From NCBI GenBank assembly GCA_965215005.1, contig CBDCCZ010000041.1:1-50672 (forward strand): 50,672 bases of DNA. The letters are read 5' to 3'. Position numbers and translations under genes: made by a program. The number at the start of each line of letters is the position of its first letter. The stretch's first letter is position 1. This DNA comes from Kofleriaceae bacterium. Its GTDB lineage: Bacteria; Myxococcota_A; Polyangia; Haliangiales; Haliangiaceae. Under the pieces are notes generated by a model that was not told where the DNA came from, did not search any database, and worked only from the letters and a program-made list of their open reading frames with translations. Positions 10,621 to 20,155 of the stretch are shown piece after piece.

Positions 10621-13600
10621 CTAGCGGCGGCGGAGGGCGGCGATGCGATCGCGCGAGGCGGCGACCTCTTCGGCGGACTGGGCGCCCGCGATGGCCAGTC
10701 GTGCTTCCTGCTCGAGGCCCGTCGACGAGTCGCGGGCGCGAACGTGCAAGAGGCCGCCGGCGTCGATCTGAAAGGTGACCTCGATTTTAGCGTGGCCACG
10801 AGGAGCGGCGGGAAGGCCCTCGAGAATGAGATCGCCGAGGACGAGGTTGTCGACGAGCCGCCGCGACTCGCCTTGGCAGACGCGAATGCGCACGACGTCT
10901 TGCCGGTCCCGCGAGGTGGAAAAGACGCGCTTGCGCTCGACCGGCAACCTCGCGTTGCGAGCGATGAGCTCTTCGCAGAAGCCGGCGACGGTCGCGATGC
11001 CAAGGCCGTGGGGATTGACGTCCACCACAGTGGGGAGCCCGGGAACGAGCTGCGGCGGGTGAGATGGTGGTTGCGACACCGCGAGCCCCATGGTGGTGGC
11101 GCGTTGCGGTCGCTTCGCCGGCAGCAGGTCGCTCAGGTCGGGGTGCGGACCCGTAGCGGTCTGTGCTGCACTCGCCTCGCTGTCGCTCAGGTCGCGGTCT
11201 CGCGGCTGCGGAACGCTGGGCGGCACGCGCGTGGGAGGCCGGTCCAGATGCGCCTCGGCCGGCATGCGGGCCGAGGGCAGCTCGGGTCGCGGCTTGGCCG
11301 ATACAGAGGGCTCGAGGTGCCCATGGACCGGAGCGCCGAGGTCAGGAAACGCCGGAGGGGCGGGTGCGCGGCCATTGCGAGGCTCATGCGCCGGATAGGG
11401 CGGTATGGCGGCGGAGCGCGCTGCCAGTGGCCGGGCGTCTAGGTTGGGCTTGGCGGGGGCGGCAAGGTCGAGCAGGGGCGCCGGCCACGGATGCGCTGCC
11501 CCAGGCACGGCGGTGACGGGTGCGGCAATGGACGGCAATGAGGCGCTCGCCGCGAGTCGCTCTGGCCCGCGAACCGGCTCGCCTGGGATGCCTGTTTCAA
11601 TGTTAGCGGCGGGCCCGCCGACGTCGTGGTGGCCGGCGCGAGCGTGGAATGGGTTGGTGGTGGAGTCGAGACCGCTTGGCTCGGGTGCACGATCGAACTG
11701 ATCCGTTGCTTGACTGGCTGCCTCGTCCTCCGTGCCGTCGGCGACCTCCAGCTCAAAGATGAGCGAGTCGTCGTCGGTGCTGGGGCGCAGCTGCACGCGC
11801 TCGGCTCGCGAGTCGTCGTATCGGGCGGGGAAGCCAGCCTCGGCTGGCTCGGCTGAGTCGCTCCGCTCAGCGCCCGCCGAGCGCCCGCTGGTCGCCCACA
11901 GCGCGCCTCGACCGTGATTGTCGGCGCTAGCAGCTTGTTCCGCGGGACCGAGCAGGGGCGACTCGCTGGCGAAGGTGTCGTCATCGAGCAGGTCGAGCAC
12001 GTCGAGGTCGGTGTCGTCCACCGCGGTGTCCTCGAGAGGCGCGCGAATGCGGGTGGCCGCATCGGTCCCCGCGGCATCGCCGGGCTCGTAGTCAGCGCCG
12101 GCCGGAGGTCGGGGCGGGATAGGCGCTGGTGCGGCGGCTAACAGCGTGCTGCGGGCGGAGCGGGCAGCCGTGGTGGGAACGGATGGGGCTTTGAAACTAG
12201 GAGCGGGCAGAGCTTGGGCGCTGGGAGCCGGGCGATTGGCATGAGGCGGCCCCGCATCGAGCGCCGCCGAGCGCTTCGCAACGCCCGCGGCGCCCGCGGC
12301 GCGCGCCGGCGTGACTGCACCTCGTGGCCGCGTGAGTCGCGCCATCGGTGTACCCGGCGGGGTCGCGACCAACGGTTGTCCGAACACATCGGAGGCGTAG
12401 CCGGGGCGCGGCCGCCGCTCGGTGCTGCTCTCGGTCGGAATGCTCAGCTCACTTGGTGCGCGGAGGTCTGGTAGCGGGTGCCCCGCTGGCAGCTCGAGCT
12501 CATCGCGGAGCCCGCGCGGTTCGCGCGGCGCCTCTGCCGCGGGCCGACCCGCAGGTTCGCCTGAGCTTGCCGCTGGCGTCGCTGCGCGAGCGGGCTCTCG
12601 TTGCGCTGACCCGAGAGGCGTTCGCGAAGCGCGCGGCCCTTGCGCCATCGGCGGCGCGGGCGGCGCTACGGCGACGCGGGCGGTGCTGCGCGCAAAGCCG
12701 CCGCCGAGGATGCGCTCGAGCGCCTGCGCTTGCAGCGCGGCGCCTACCGCCACCGCCTCTTCAGGATTGACGTCGGTGCGCGGTTGGCGATTGAAGAACG
12801 CGGAGACTCGCTCGCGCACCCGCGGCATCTTGGTGGTGCCGCCCACCAGCACCACCTCGTCGATCTTCGCAGCGTCCACACCAGCGATTTTGAGCGCCTC
12901 ATTGCAGACGCCGAAGGTGCTTTCGATGAGGTCGCTCGCGCGCTCGACCAGCTGGTTGCGATGAATCTCGATCTCGAGGTCGAGCGGCGCTCCGCCCGGC
13001 CCATACGCGATTTCGTCGACCTTGACGATGGCTCGATTGCGGCGCGATAGCTGGATTTTCGTCTGCTCGGCAACGGCTCGCAGCCGCTGTATCGCCACGT
13101 CATTGTCGCGCAGGTCGATGCGCCGTTCGCGCAGAAATCCCTGCACCATCACCTCGACCAAGCACTCGTCGATGTCGTCGCCGCCGAGGAACGAGTCGCC
13201 GGCAGTACCCAGCACCTCGTAGACCTGCCCGGCAAGTCGCAAGATGGTGACGTCGAAGGTGCCGCCACCAAAATCGTAGACCGCGATGGTTTGGTCTAGC
13301 TTGCGCTTGTGCCCATACGCCAGCGCGGCCGCGGTGGGCTCGTTGAGCACCCGCACCACGCTGATTCCCGCGATCGCTCCCGCGGTGGCCGTCGCGGAGC
13401 GTTGGGCATCGGTGAAGTTAGCGGGCACCGTCACCACCGCCCGCGTCAGCTCACCGCCGAGCGCCGCCCGCGCCAGGCTGCGCGCGTGGTCTAGCACGAT
13501 GGCCGAGACCTCTGGAATGGCAAACTCACCGGCGCGCGTCACCACCACCGGCTGCTCGTTGACGCCTTCTTTGAGCGCATACGAGACCCGCGCGCCGGCG

Positions 13601-13857
13601 GCGGTCACTTCTTTGGAGCGGAATGTTCGGCCAATGAGGCGCTTGGCCGAATAGACCGTGTTCTGCGGGTCGATGATGCGCCGCTGCTTTGCCGGAGCGC
13701 CGACCAAGACCTGACCATTGGGATGGAAGCTCACCACCGACGGCTGAATTTTGTCGCCGGCTGCGTCGGCAATCACCTGCGGCTCACCGTTGGCGTCGAT
13801 GATCGCCACCGCGGTGTTGGAGGTGCCGAGATCTATGCCGATGATCGGATCGCTCAC
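10621..13857 (-). CDS. Atypical Hsp70/DnaK-family protein with long Pro/Ala/acidic insertion and lidless SBD
   Basis: GIDLGTSN, NEPTAAA, DFGGGTFD, LVGGTTKMP, NPEEAVAVGAA; SBD-beta DVNPHGLGI...CQGE...PAAPRG...IEVTFQIDAGG at the C-terminus. Confidence 0.92.
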   Translation of the reverse strand: MSDPIIGIDLGTSNTAVAIIDANGEPQVIADAAGDKIQPSVVSFHPNGQVLVGAPAKQRRIIDPQNTVYSAKRLIGRTFRSKEVTAAGARVSYALKEGVNEQPVVVTRAGEFAIPEVSAIVLDHARSLARAALGGELTRAVVTVPANFTDAQRSATATAGAIAGISVVRVLNEPTAAALAYGHKRKLDQTIAVYDFGGGTFDVTILRLAGQVYEVLGTAGDSFLGGDDIDECLVEVMVQGFLRERRIDLRDNDVAIQRLRAVAEQTKIQLSRRNRAIVKVDEIAYGPGGAPLDLEIEIHRNQLVERASDLIESTFGVCNEALKIAGVDAAKIDEVVLVGGTTKMPRVRERVSAFFNRQPRTDVNPEEAVAVGAALQAQALERILGGGFARSTARVAVAPPAPPMAQGPRASRTPLGSAQREPARAATPAASSGEPAGRPAAEAPREPRGLRDELELPAGHPLPDLRAPSELSIPTESSTERRPRPGYASDVFGQPLVATPPGTPMARLTRPRGAVTPARAAGAAGVAKRSAALDAGPPHANRPAPSAQALPAPSFKAPSVPTTAARSARSTLLAAAPAPIPPRPPAGADYEPGDAAGTDAATRIRAPLEDTAVDDTDLDVLDLLDDDTFASESPLLGPAEQAASADNHGRGALWATSGRSAGAERSDSAEPAEAGFPARYDDSRAERVQLRPSTDDDSLIFELEVADGTEDEAASQATDQFDRAPEPSGLDSTTNPFHARAGHHDVGGPAANIETGIPGEPVRGPERLAASASLPSIAAPVTAVPGAAHPWPAPLLDLAAPAKPNLDARPLAARSAAIPPYPAHEPRNGRAPAPPAFPDLGAPVHGHLEPSVSAKPRPELPSARMPAEAHLDRPPTRVPPSVPQPRDRDLSDSEASAAQTATGPHPDLSDLLPAKRPQRATTMGLAVSQPPSHPPQLVPGLPTVVDVNPHGLGIATVAGFCEELIARNARLPVERKRVFSTSRDRQDVVRIRVCQGESRRLVDNLVLGDLILEGLPAAPRGHAKIEVTFQIDAGGLLHVRARDSSTGLEQEARLAIAGAQSAEEVAASRDRIAALRRR

Positions 13858-13860
13858 GCG

Positions 13861-14424
13861 CTAATCACCTACGCCTTCCGCGCGCAGGCGCTCCACCTGG
13901 CAATCGTACCAGCTCTCGACCGATCGCCGGAACGGCCACATCCACCCGTAGCTCGGGCCGAGGAACTGCCCGACGATGTGGGCGCGAAACGCGGGCGCGA
14001 GAATGTGCTCGAGCCCGTACACTTCCGCGGAAGCGCGCAAGGTGTCGGCGTAGGCCTCTTGCTCCAGCCGGGCGCGAAAGTACGCTGCTCCTAGGGGCAG
14101 CGGCACCAGCAAGTAGAGCAGCGCCATTCCAACGAGACCGTAGCGACGAAACTGCCGCAGGTGGATGCGCTCGTGGCGCAACGTGACGTAGCGGCGGGTG
14201 AAGTCTTTCTGATCCCAGTCGGGGGTGACATACACGCGCGCGCCCAAGGTGGTGTGATAGCTGCCGAGGTAGTCGCGCATCTGCCCAAAGGTGAGCACGA
14301 CGAGCGCGCGGTGAATCCATCGAGAGAGTGGCGAGCGATCTTTGCGGATCAATCGAAACCGCGGGAACTCATGCTGAATCTCGGCCACGAGCTGTTCGTA
14401 GCGCGCACGCGCATCAACGGCCAT
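13861..14424 (-). CDS. Putative membrane-associated zinc metallopeptidase (HExxH)
   Basis: LRHERIH followed by a hydrophobic segment and LEQEAY; stops 3 bp before the Hsp70 start. Confidence 0.7.
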   Translation of the reverse strand: MAVDARARYEQLVAEIQHEFPRFRLIRKDRSPLSRWIHRALVVLTFGQMRDYLGSYHTTLGARVYVTPDWDQKDFTRRYVTLRHERIHLRQFRRYGLVGMALLYLLVPLPLGAAYFRARLEQEAYADTLRASAEVYGLEHILAPAFRAHIVGQFLGPSYGWMWPFRRSVESWYDCQVERLRAEGVGD

Positions 14425-14458
14425 TTCGGGAGCTTAGCAGCCGCGGCGCAGAAGCGAC

Positions 14459-14478
14459 TTATCCACAGTGTGCCCACA
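14459..14478 (+). promoter_or_regulatory. DnaA box plus degenerate tandem copy
   Basis: TTATCCACA 14459-14467 (perfect), GTGCCCACA 14470-14478. Confidence 0.6.
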
Positions 14479-14488
14479 GGATGGGCCG

Positions 14489-14517
14489 TTGACATGTGGG
14501 GAGGGCGTTCGTAGCGT
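14489..14517 (+). promoter_or_regulatory. Sigma70-type promoter of the helicase gene
   Basis: TTGACA-17 bp-TAGCGT, 9 nt before GTG 14527. Confidence 0.7.
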
Positions 14518-14526
14518 GCCCTCCCC

Positions 14527-16572
14527 GTGGATCTGACCAAGCTCAATCCGCCTCAGTACGAGGCAGTCACCCACGGCACCGGGCCGCTGTTGGTTTTGGC
14601 CGGCGCCGGATCCGGCAAGACCCGCGTCATCACCTTTCGCATTGCGCACTTGTTGGCGCGTGGAATTCCGGCGCGGGCGATCGGCGCGCTCACGTTCACC
14701 AACAAAGCCGCCGAGGAAATGCGCGAGCGCATCGCGCTATTGCTCGGCGACCGCAAGACCGCGCGCCAGCTCACGATGGGCACGTTCCACTCCCTGGGCC
14801 TGCAAATCCTCAAAGCTGAACGCGAGGCGCTGGGCTTTCCGCGCGGGTTCGTGATTTATGACAGCGCCGACCAGCTCGGCTGCGTCCGCGAGATCCTTCG
14901 GCAGGTCGACAGCGGTGGCCGTCGCTACGATGTCAAAGCGATCTTGTCGCGTATTTCGCTGGCCAAGAATGCCTTCGTGGCGCCCGAGGCATACGCACCG
15001 CATGAGGGCGATGAGTACGACGAGATCACCGCCGAGGTGTATCCGCGCTATCAAGAGGCGCTGCGGGCCTATGCGGCCGTCGATTTCGACGATCTCATCA
15101 CCGAGCCGGTGCGGCTCTTCCAGACGCTTCCAGAGGTGCGAGAGCGTTGGAGCAGCAAGTTTCGCCACCTCATGGTCGACGAGTATCAGGACACCAATCG
15201 CGCTCAGCTGATGCTCGTGCGCAACCTGGTCGCCGACCATCACAACCTCTGCGTGGTGGGGGATGACGATCAGTCTATCTATAGCTGGCGCGGCGCCGAC
15301 ACCGCGAACATCTTGCGCTTCGCCGAGATGTTCGAAGGCGCGCGGGTGGTCAAGCTCGAGCAGAACTACCGCTCGACAGCGACCATCCTCAAGGCGGCCA
15401 ACGCGGTCATCGCCAACAATAGCGAGCGGCACGACAAGGCGCTGTGGTCAGAGCTCGGCGATGGCGAGCCCATCGTGCACGCGGTCGCGCCCACCGCCGA
15501 AGACGAGGCTAAGTTCGTCGCCCGAGAGATCGAGCGCCTGCGCAGCGAGTTCTCGCGCGCCTACAGCGACTTCGCCATCCTGTACCGCTCCAATATGCAG
15601 ACAAAGATCCTCGAAGAGGAGCTGCGGACCGAGCGGGTGCCTTACGCGATGTTTGGCGGCCAGCAGTTCTTCGAGCGCAAGGAGGTCAAAGACCTCATCG
15701 CGTACTTGCGTCTAGCGCTCAACGATCGCGATGAGATTGCGCTGCGGCGCGTGATCAACTATCCCGGGCGCGGCATTGGAGCGACCAGCGTGGGCAAGCT
15801 CGTGGAGCTGTCCCACGCCCATGGGGCGACGCTGTGGCGCGCGCTCTGCCAAGTCGACCAGTGGGCACCGGAGCTGCGGCAAGGCACGCGCGACGCGATG
15901 CGGGCGTTTACAACTCTGATCAGCTCGCTGCGCGCCGAGCTCGAGGGCGGCAGCGACGTCGTAGCCACGACCCGTAAGCTCATCGAAGACATTGGCCTGG
16001 AGGCAGACATCCGCGCCGCGAGCCCCAGCGCCACCGCGGCGCAGCGGCGGCTCGATAACATGGAGAGCTTGCTGCGGTCGCTACAGCGGCACCAGGAGCG
16101 CAAACCGGGCAACGCCGCGCTCGTCGAATATTTGCGCCAGCTCTCGCTCAATGCGGGCGATGACGACAAAGACCGCGGCAGCGACAAAGTCACGCTAACC
16201 ACGCTTCACGGCGCCAAAGGCCTCGAGTTCCCGATCGTGTTCATCATCGGCCTCGAGGAAGAGCTGCTGCCCCACGCGCGCACGCTCATGCCCAACGCCA
16301 CCGACGTGATCGATCCCGACCACGCCACCGATGTGAGCGAGGAACGGCGCCTGATGTATGTGGGCATTACCCGCGCTCAACGCCGGCTGTACTTGAGCCG
16401 CGTCGTGTATCGCAGCAGCCGCGGCAAGAAGAACGTGCAGCGCGTGCCGTCGCGGTTCTTATTCGAGATTCCGGAGGAGTTGTTGTCAGTTCGCGATCTC
16501 GCGGAAGAGGCCAAGACTCCGGTCGAGAGCGACGAGCTGCGGGCGTTTTTTCAGTCGCTGGCGCGGGAGTGA
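14527..16572 (+). CDS. uvrD: UvrD/Rep/PcrA superfamily I DNA helicase
   Basis: AGAGSGKT, TFTNKAA, VDEYQDTN, VGDDDQSIYSWRGA, LEQNYRS, TLHGAKGLEFP, EERRLMYVGITRA. Confidence 0.95.
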   Translation: MDLTKLNPPQYEAVTHGTGPLLVLAGAGSGKTRVITFRIAHLLARGIPARAIGALTFTNKAAEEMRERIALLLGDRKTARQLTMGTFHSLGLQILKAEREALGFPRGFVIYDSADQLGCVREILRQVDSGGRRYDVKAILSRISLAKNAFVAPEAYAPHEGDEYDEITAEVYPRYQEALRAYAAVDFDDLITEPVRLFQTLPEVRERWSSKFRHLMVDEYQDTNRAQLMLVRNLVADHHNLCVVGDDDQSIYSWRGADTANILRFAEMFEGARVVKLEQNYRSTATILKAANAVIANNSERHDKALWSELGDGEPIVHAVAPTAEDEAKFVAREIERLRSEFSRAYSDFAILYRSNMQTKILEEELRTERVPYAMFGGQQFFERKEVKDLIAYLRLALNDRDEIALRRVINYPGRGIGATSVGKLVELSHAHGATLWRALCQVDQWAPELRQGTRDAMRAFTTLISSLRAELEGGSDVVATTRKLIEDIGLEADIRAASPSATAAQRRLDNMESLLRSLQRHQERKPGNAALVEYLRQLSLNAGDDDKDRGSDKVTLTTLHGAKGLEFPIVFIIGLEEELLPHARTLMPNATDVIDPDHATDVSEERRLMYVGITRAQRRLYLSRVVYRSSRGKKNVQRVPSRFLFEIPEELLSVRDLAEEAKTPVESDELRAFFQSLARE

Positions 16573-16707
16573 AGGCGCTGCCGCCAGGTGCGCGGCGGCG
16601 ACGGCAAAGTGCCCGAGGCGAAATTGCACTGATTGGGTCGCATTGACGCAGCGATGCGGTGAATGCACCGCCATCGGGCGAGCGCGGTCGAGTACGCTGC
16701 GCAATCC

Positions 16708-17598
16708 ATGAGGACCTTCTCCAACTGGTTTCGTGCGGTAGCCGTGGCGGTCGCGGTGGGCGTTGCGGCTCCGGCCGCAGCCGATGAGGGCGACGCGGCC
16801 GAGGTGCTGGATGCGCGGCCGGCCGAGGTGCTGGATGCGCGGCCGCAAACGAACGCGGCAAACGCTGCGCAGCGGCGCTATCGGCTGTATTGGCAGCTAG
16901 ACGCCCCGCTGGTGGTGATCGGCAGCGTGTTGGTCTTTGGCCGCCGGCTGCGCGCCGAAGGAGTATCGCCGCCGCCGTACTGCACGACGCTCGATGACGG
17001 CTGCGATCCCGACACGATCAACGCTATCGACCGGCCGTTCGCCGGCGCCTATTCGTCCCGCTGGCGCCTCGCCTCCAACGTGGCTACCGCGGGAGTCCTT
17101 GCCACGCCGCTGGTGTTGGCGCTCGGTAGCGACTGGCAGCGCGCCGCCACCGAGGCAGCGCTGGTCTACGAAGTAGCGTTTCTCGGGTCGGTGCTGGCAG
17201 GACTCTCGACGCAAATCACCGGTCGCGAACGCCCCTTTGTCTACGGCGCCGACACCCCCGAGGATGAGCGGCTGGGCGGCGAGGGCTCGCTGTCATTCTT
17301 TAGTGGCCACGCCGCGGCGATATTCGGCGCTTCGACGTCGCTGTTTTGGATCTTGCGCACTCGCGAGCCGCACGGCAGCAAGCAGTGGTGGGCGCTTGGC
17401 GGTGGCACTGCGGCGGCGACGTTCGTGGGCGTGGCGCGAGTGGCCTCGGGCGACCACTTTCCCACCGACGTGATCGGCGGCGCGCTGGTGGGCGTTGCGC
17501 TCGGGACGCTGCTCCCCGCGCTTCACGAGGTTTCCGTAACCGTTGCGCCGCTGGCGGAGGAGAGCACCCGCGGTATCGCCGTCAGCGGCTCGTTTTGA
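16708..17598 (+). CDS. PAP2 family phosphatase with signal peptide
   Basis: GRERP, SFFSGH, ARVASGDHFPTDV; hydrophobic N-terminus ending AAA. Confidence 0.88.
   Translation: MRTFSNWFRAVAVAVAVGVAAPAAADEGDAAEVLDARPAEVLDARPQTNAANAAQRRYRLYWQLDAPLVVIGSVLVFGRRLRAEGVSPPPYCTTLDDGCDPDTINAIDRPFAGAYSSRWRLASNVATAGVLATPLVLALGSDWQRAATEAALVYEVAFLGSVLAGLSTQITGRERPFVYGADTPEDERLGGEGSLSFFSGHAAAIFGASTSLFWILRTREPHGSKQWWALGGGTAAATFVGVARVASGDHFPTDVIGGALVGVALGTLLPALHEVSVTVAPLAEESTRGIAVSGSF
16798..16845 (+). repeat. Perfect 24-nt in-frame tandem duplication (AEVLDARP x2)
   Basis: gccgaggtgctggatgcgcggccg twice. Confidence 0.9.
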
Positions 17599-17647
17599 GC
17601 GGCGTTGGGCACACCCGCTTCGGGTTAGGCGGCTCGTTTTGAGCGGC
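17585..17647. repeat. 19-bp direct repeat around a 25-bp hairpin spacer; possible bidirectional terminator
   Basis: GCGGCTCGTTTTGAGCGGC at 17585-17603 and 17629-17647 between convergent genes. Confidence 0.75.
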
Positions 17648-17662
17648 AGCGAGCTCGCAAGT

Positions 17663-18679
17663 CTACGGATGCTGCAGCCGCGCGGCGGCAGCGGGTACGT
17701 CGGTCTTGGCGATGGCCCCACTGAAGGCATGCCCGACCACCGTGGCGATCGCGCGCCACGCGCTCTGATTGTGCCGCGCGAAGGCGGCGTCGGTGAAGTC
17801 GGCCGAGCCGAGCCACGACCGCACCGCGCCTTCCGAAGCGAAGTGCAGGACGGGCGTCATGAGGTGCGCGACTAACGCCTGGTGCAGCGTAGTGAGGGTA
17901 TCTCCGCTGAGCACGCCAAGTCGGTCTCCGAGGGGGAGGTGACGCGCCACCGCAGCGTAGCGGTAGGGATAGAGGCCGGCCGCCAAGGCAAGGGCGGGCG
18001 GAAGCGCGGCCAGGCGAACCAGCTCGGGAGGCAAGCGCGAGGTGACGAGCCTTCTGATCGGATCGAGCCATCGCACGAGCCACTGATTGCCCTCGAGGCT
18101 CGGCACGCGGAGGGTGATGCGTCCGCCGACGCGCACCCGGTCGTAGAGAGCACGAACTCCGGCGGCGGGATCGGCAAGCTCTGCGAGTCGCGGCCCGATT
18201 AGAGCGAAATCAGACGCACGGGCGAGCGGCGGGGCGTCGAGGGTGGCGCTGACCACGTGAACGGCGGGCAGATGACGAGTGGCGGCAAACGCCTTCACGG
18301 CCGCGGGACCATCGGCAAACGTCAGCACGGCGCGCGCGCCGTAGCTGGCGAGAATTGCGCTGTGGTGGCCACCAGGGCAGCTTGCGTCGAGGATGACCCG
18401 ATCGACGAGGTCGTGCGGCGCTAGCGGTGCGATCGACTCGAGGAACCGCTGCTCGAGCTGCCGGCGCGCGAGCGGATTATCGGCGTGTGCTGCGGTCGAG
18501 TTGGCGGATTGCTGTGCCGAGAATCTCGGTACGCCGTCGACGATTGGATAGCGAGCGCCGCTGGCCGCGACCAACATCCCGCTCATGAGATGGCCATCGG
18601 GTGCGGTCGCTTCCGCGTCTGCGACCAACGCAGCGCCAGTGCGCGGACACGCTAGATACTCGAGGGCGGAGGTTCTCAT
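17663..18679 (-). CDS. Trm112-like N-terminal domain + degenerate class I SAM methyltransferase fold
   Basis: LACP...YPIVDGVPRF; motif I reads ILDASCPGG instead of LDAGCGxG; RVGGRITL post-motif. Confidence 0.72.
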   Translation of the reverse strand: MRTSALEYLACPRTGAALVADAEATAPDGHLMSGMLVAASGARYPIVDGVPRFSAQQSANSTAAHADNPLARRQLEQRFLESIAPLAPHDLVDRVILDASCPGGHHSAILASYGARAVLTFADGPAAVKAFAATRHLPAVHVVSATLDAPPLARASDFALIGPRLAELADPAAGVRALYDRVRVGGRITLRVPSLEGNQWLVRWLDPIRRLVTSRLPPELVRLAALPPALALAAGLYPYRYAAVARHLPLGDRLGVLSGDTLTTLHQALVAHLMTPVLHFASEGAVRSWLGSADFTDAAFARHNQSAWRAIATVVGHAFSGAIAKTDVPAAAARLQHP

Positions 18680-19539
18680 GCAATTCCGTTACGCAGTCGC
18701 TCGCGCGCCAGTGCAACATAGCGCGGGTCCGAGTCGCCTGCGATCCAACGGCGGCGCAAACGCTCAGCGACCACCGCCGTGGTTCCCGAGCCCACGAAAG
18801 GGTCGAGCACGACATCGTCGGGGCTAGAGGAGCCGGCGACGAATTGGCGAATCAGCTCCTCGGGCTTCTGCGTCGCGTGCGCGGTCTTCTCAGCCGTGCC
18901 GTTGCAGAGGACCGGTATCTGGAAAACGTCGCGGGGCTTGGCACCGAGTGGATGCGGCTGCCAGCGATCCCGGCGCTTGCCGCCGCCATACTGCGACGAG
19001 ACCGCCTGCACTCGCTCCGGGTACCGCTGGGTGTGGTCGTTGTATGGGACCCGCACCTCATCAACATTGAGCCGGGTGCGCCGCGCCTTGCGAAGATGCA
19101 GGATTGATTCGTGGGAACGGCCCCAGTCGCTGCCGAGATTGGCTTTGTTGCGGTAGTGCCAGACGAGCCAGCGACAACCGCCGGCAAATCGCGCGGCCGA
19201 CCGCGCTTTTACGTCTGCCAAGATTTCCGAGAATCCGCAGACATAGGCTGAGCCCGTTGGCGCCAGCACGCGCTCGACCTCTGCCAGCCACGCATCGCAC
19301 CAACTCACGTACGACTCGATGGACTCAAACTGGTCCCACGTATCCTTGCCAATCGCGTACGGCGGATCCGTCACAACCAGGTCGATGCTGCCGTCGGCAC
19401 AGCAGCCGAGCAACTCGAACACGTCTGCAAACCAGAGAACACCATGCCCGGTACGATGGACGACAGCCGGCCGGGAACACTCTTCAAGATCTCGCGGCAC
19501 TGGCAGCGGCGTGGCGACCCGTGGCGGACGCTTCGGCAT
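18676..19539 (-). CDS. N6-adenine/N4-cytosine DNA methyltransferase, beta class
   Basis: TDPPY precedes HATQKPEEL and [11 protein letters not shown]. Confidence 0.93.
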   Translation of the reverse strand: MPKRPPRVATPLPVPRDLEECSRPAVVHRTGHGVLWFADVFELLGCCADGSIDLVVTDPPYAIGKDTWDQFESIESYVSWCDAWLAEVERVLAPTGSAYVCGFSEILADVKARSAARFAGGCRWLVWHYRNKANLGSDWGRSHESILHLRKARRTRLNVDEVRVPYNDHTQRYPERVQAVSSQYGGGKRRDRWQPHPLGAKPRDVFQIPVLCNGTAEKTAHATQKPEELIRQFVAGSSSPDDVVLDPFVGSGTTAVVAERLRRRWIAGDSDPRYVALARERLRNGIA

Positions 19540-19636
19540 AGCCGCGCAGAGTAGCCGGCCCCCGGCACGGTTGCTAGTCAGCAACTCAGTCTCAGGAAGG
19601 TCTCCTCGCGCCAGCTGGTTCTGTGTAGCCTCAAGC

Positions 19637-20146
19637 GTGGCTGATTTCTACGCGCACCCAAGCGCCATCGTAGACGCCGGCGCTCGTATCGGCGCTGGCT
19701 CAAAGATCTGGCATTTCGCTCACGTCATGAGTGGAGCCAAGCTCGGCGAGCGCTGCATCGTTGGGCAAGGCTGCTACATCGGCAACGTCATCATCGGCAA
19801 TGGTGTGAAGATCCAGAACAACGTGTCGATTTACGACGGCGTGACGCTCGACGATGACGTGTTTTGCGGCCCGTCGTGCGTGTTCACCAACGTAATGAAT
19901 CCGCGCGCCCATGTAGAGCGCAAGCATGAATATCGCGAAACGCGAGTGGGCCAGGGCGCTACCATCGGCGCCAATGCCACCATCGTGTGCGGCGTGACGA
20001 TTGGCAGGTTCGCGTTCGTCGGCGCCGGTGCCGTGGTGCGAGAGGATGTCGCTCCCTACGCACTCATGGTCGGCGTGCCGGCGCGGCGCATCGGGTGGGT
20101 CGACGAGCGCGGAGACCGCGTGTCCTCGCCGCCCAACCCGCCGTGA
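19637..20146 (+). CDS. Hexapeptide-repeat sugar N-acetyltransferase (WbpD/WlbB-like)
   Basis: [48 protein letters not shown]. Confidence 0.9.
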   Translation: MADFYAHPSAIVDAGARIGAGSKIWHFAHVMSGAKLGERCIVGQGCYIGNVIIGNGVKIQNNVSIYDGVTLDDDVFCGPSCVFTNVMNPRAHVERKHEYRETRVGQGATIGANATIVCGVTIGRFAFVGAGAVVREDVAPYALMVGVPARRIGWVDERGDRVSSPPNPP

Positions 20147-20155
20147 TGACCACGA

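Noticed and set aside
14459..14534. Replication origin
   Set aside because: Only one perfect DnaA box, no AT-rich unwinding element, ~100-bp gap and no dnaA/dnaN context
17585..17647. Mini CRISPR array
   Set aside because: Two 19-bp copies only, one inside a coding end; no leader or cas genes
17663..19539. Restriction-modification or other defence system
   Set aside because: No nuclease, ATPase or specificity subunit recognisable next to the MTase
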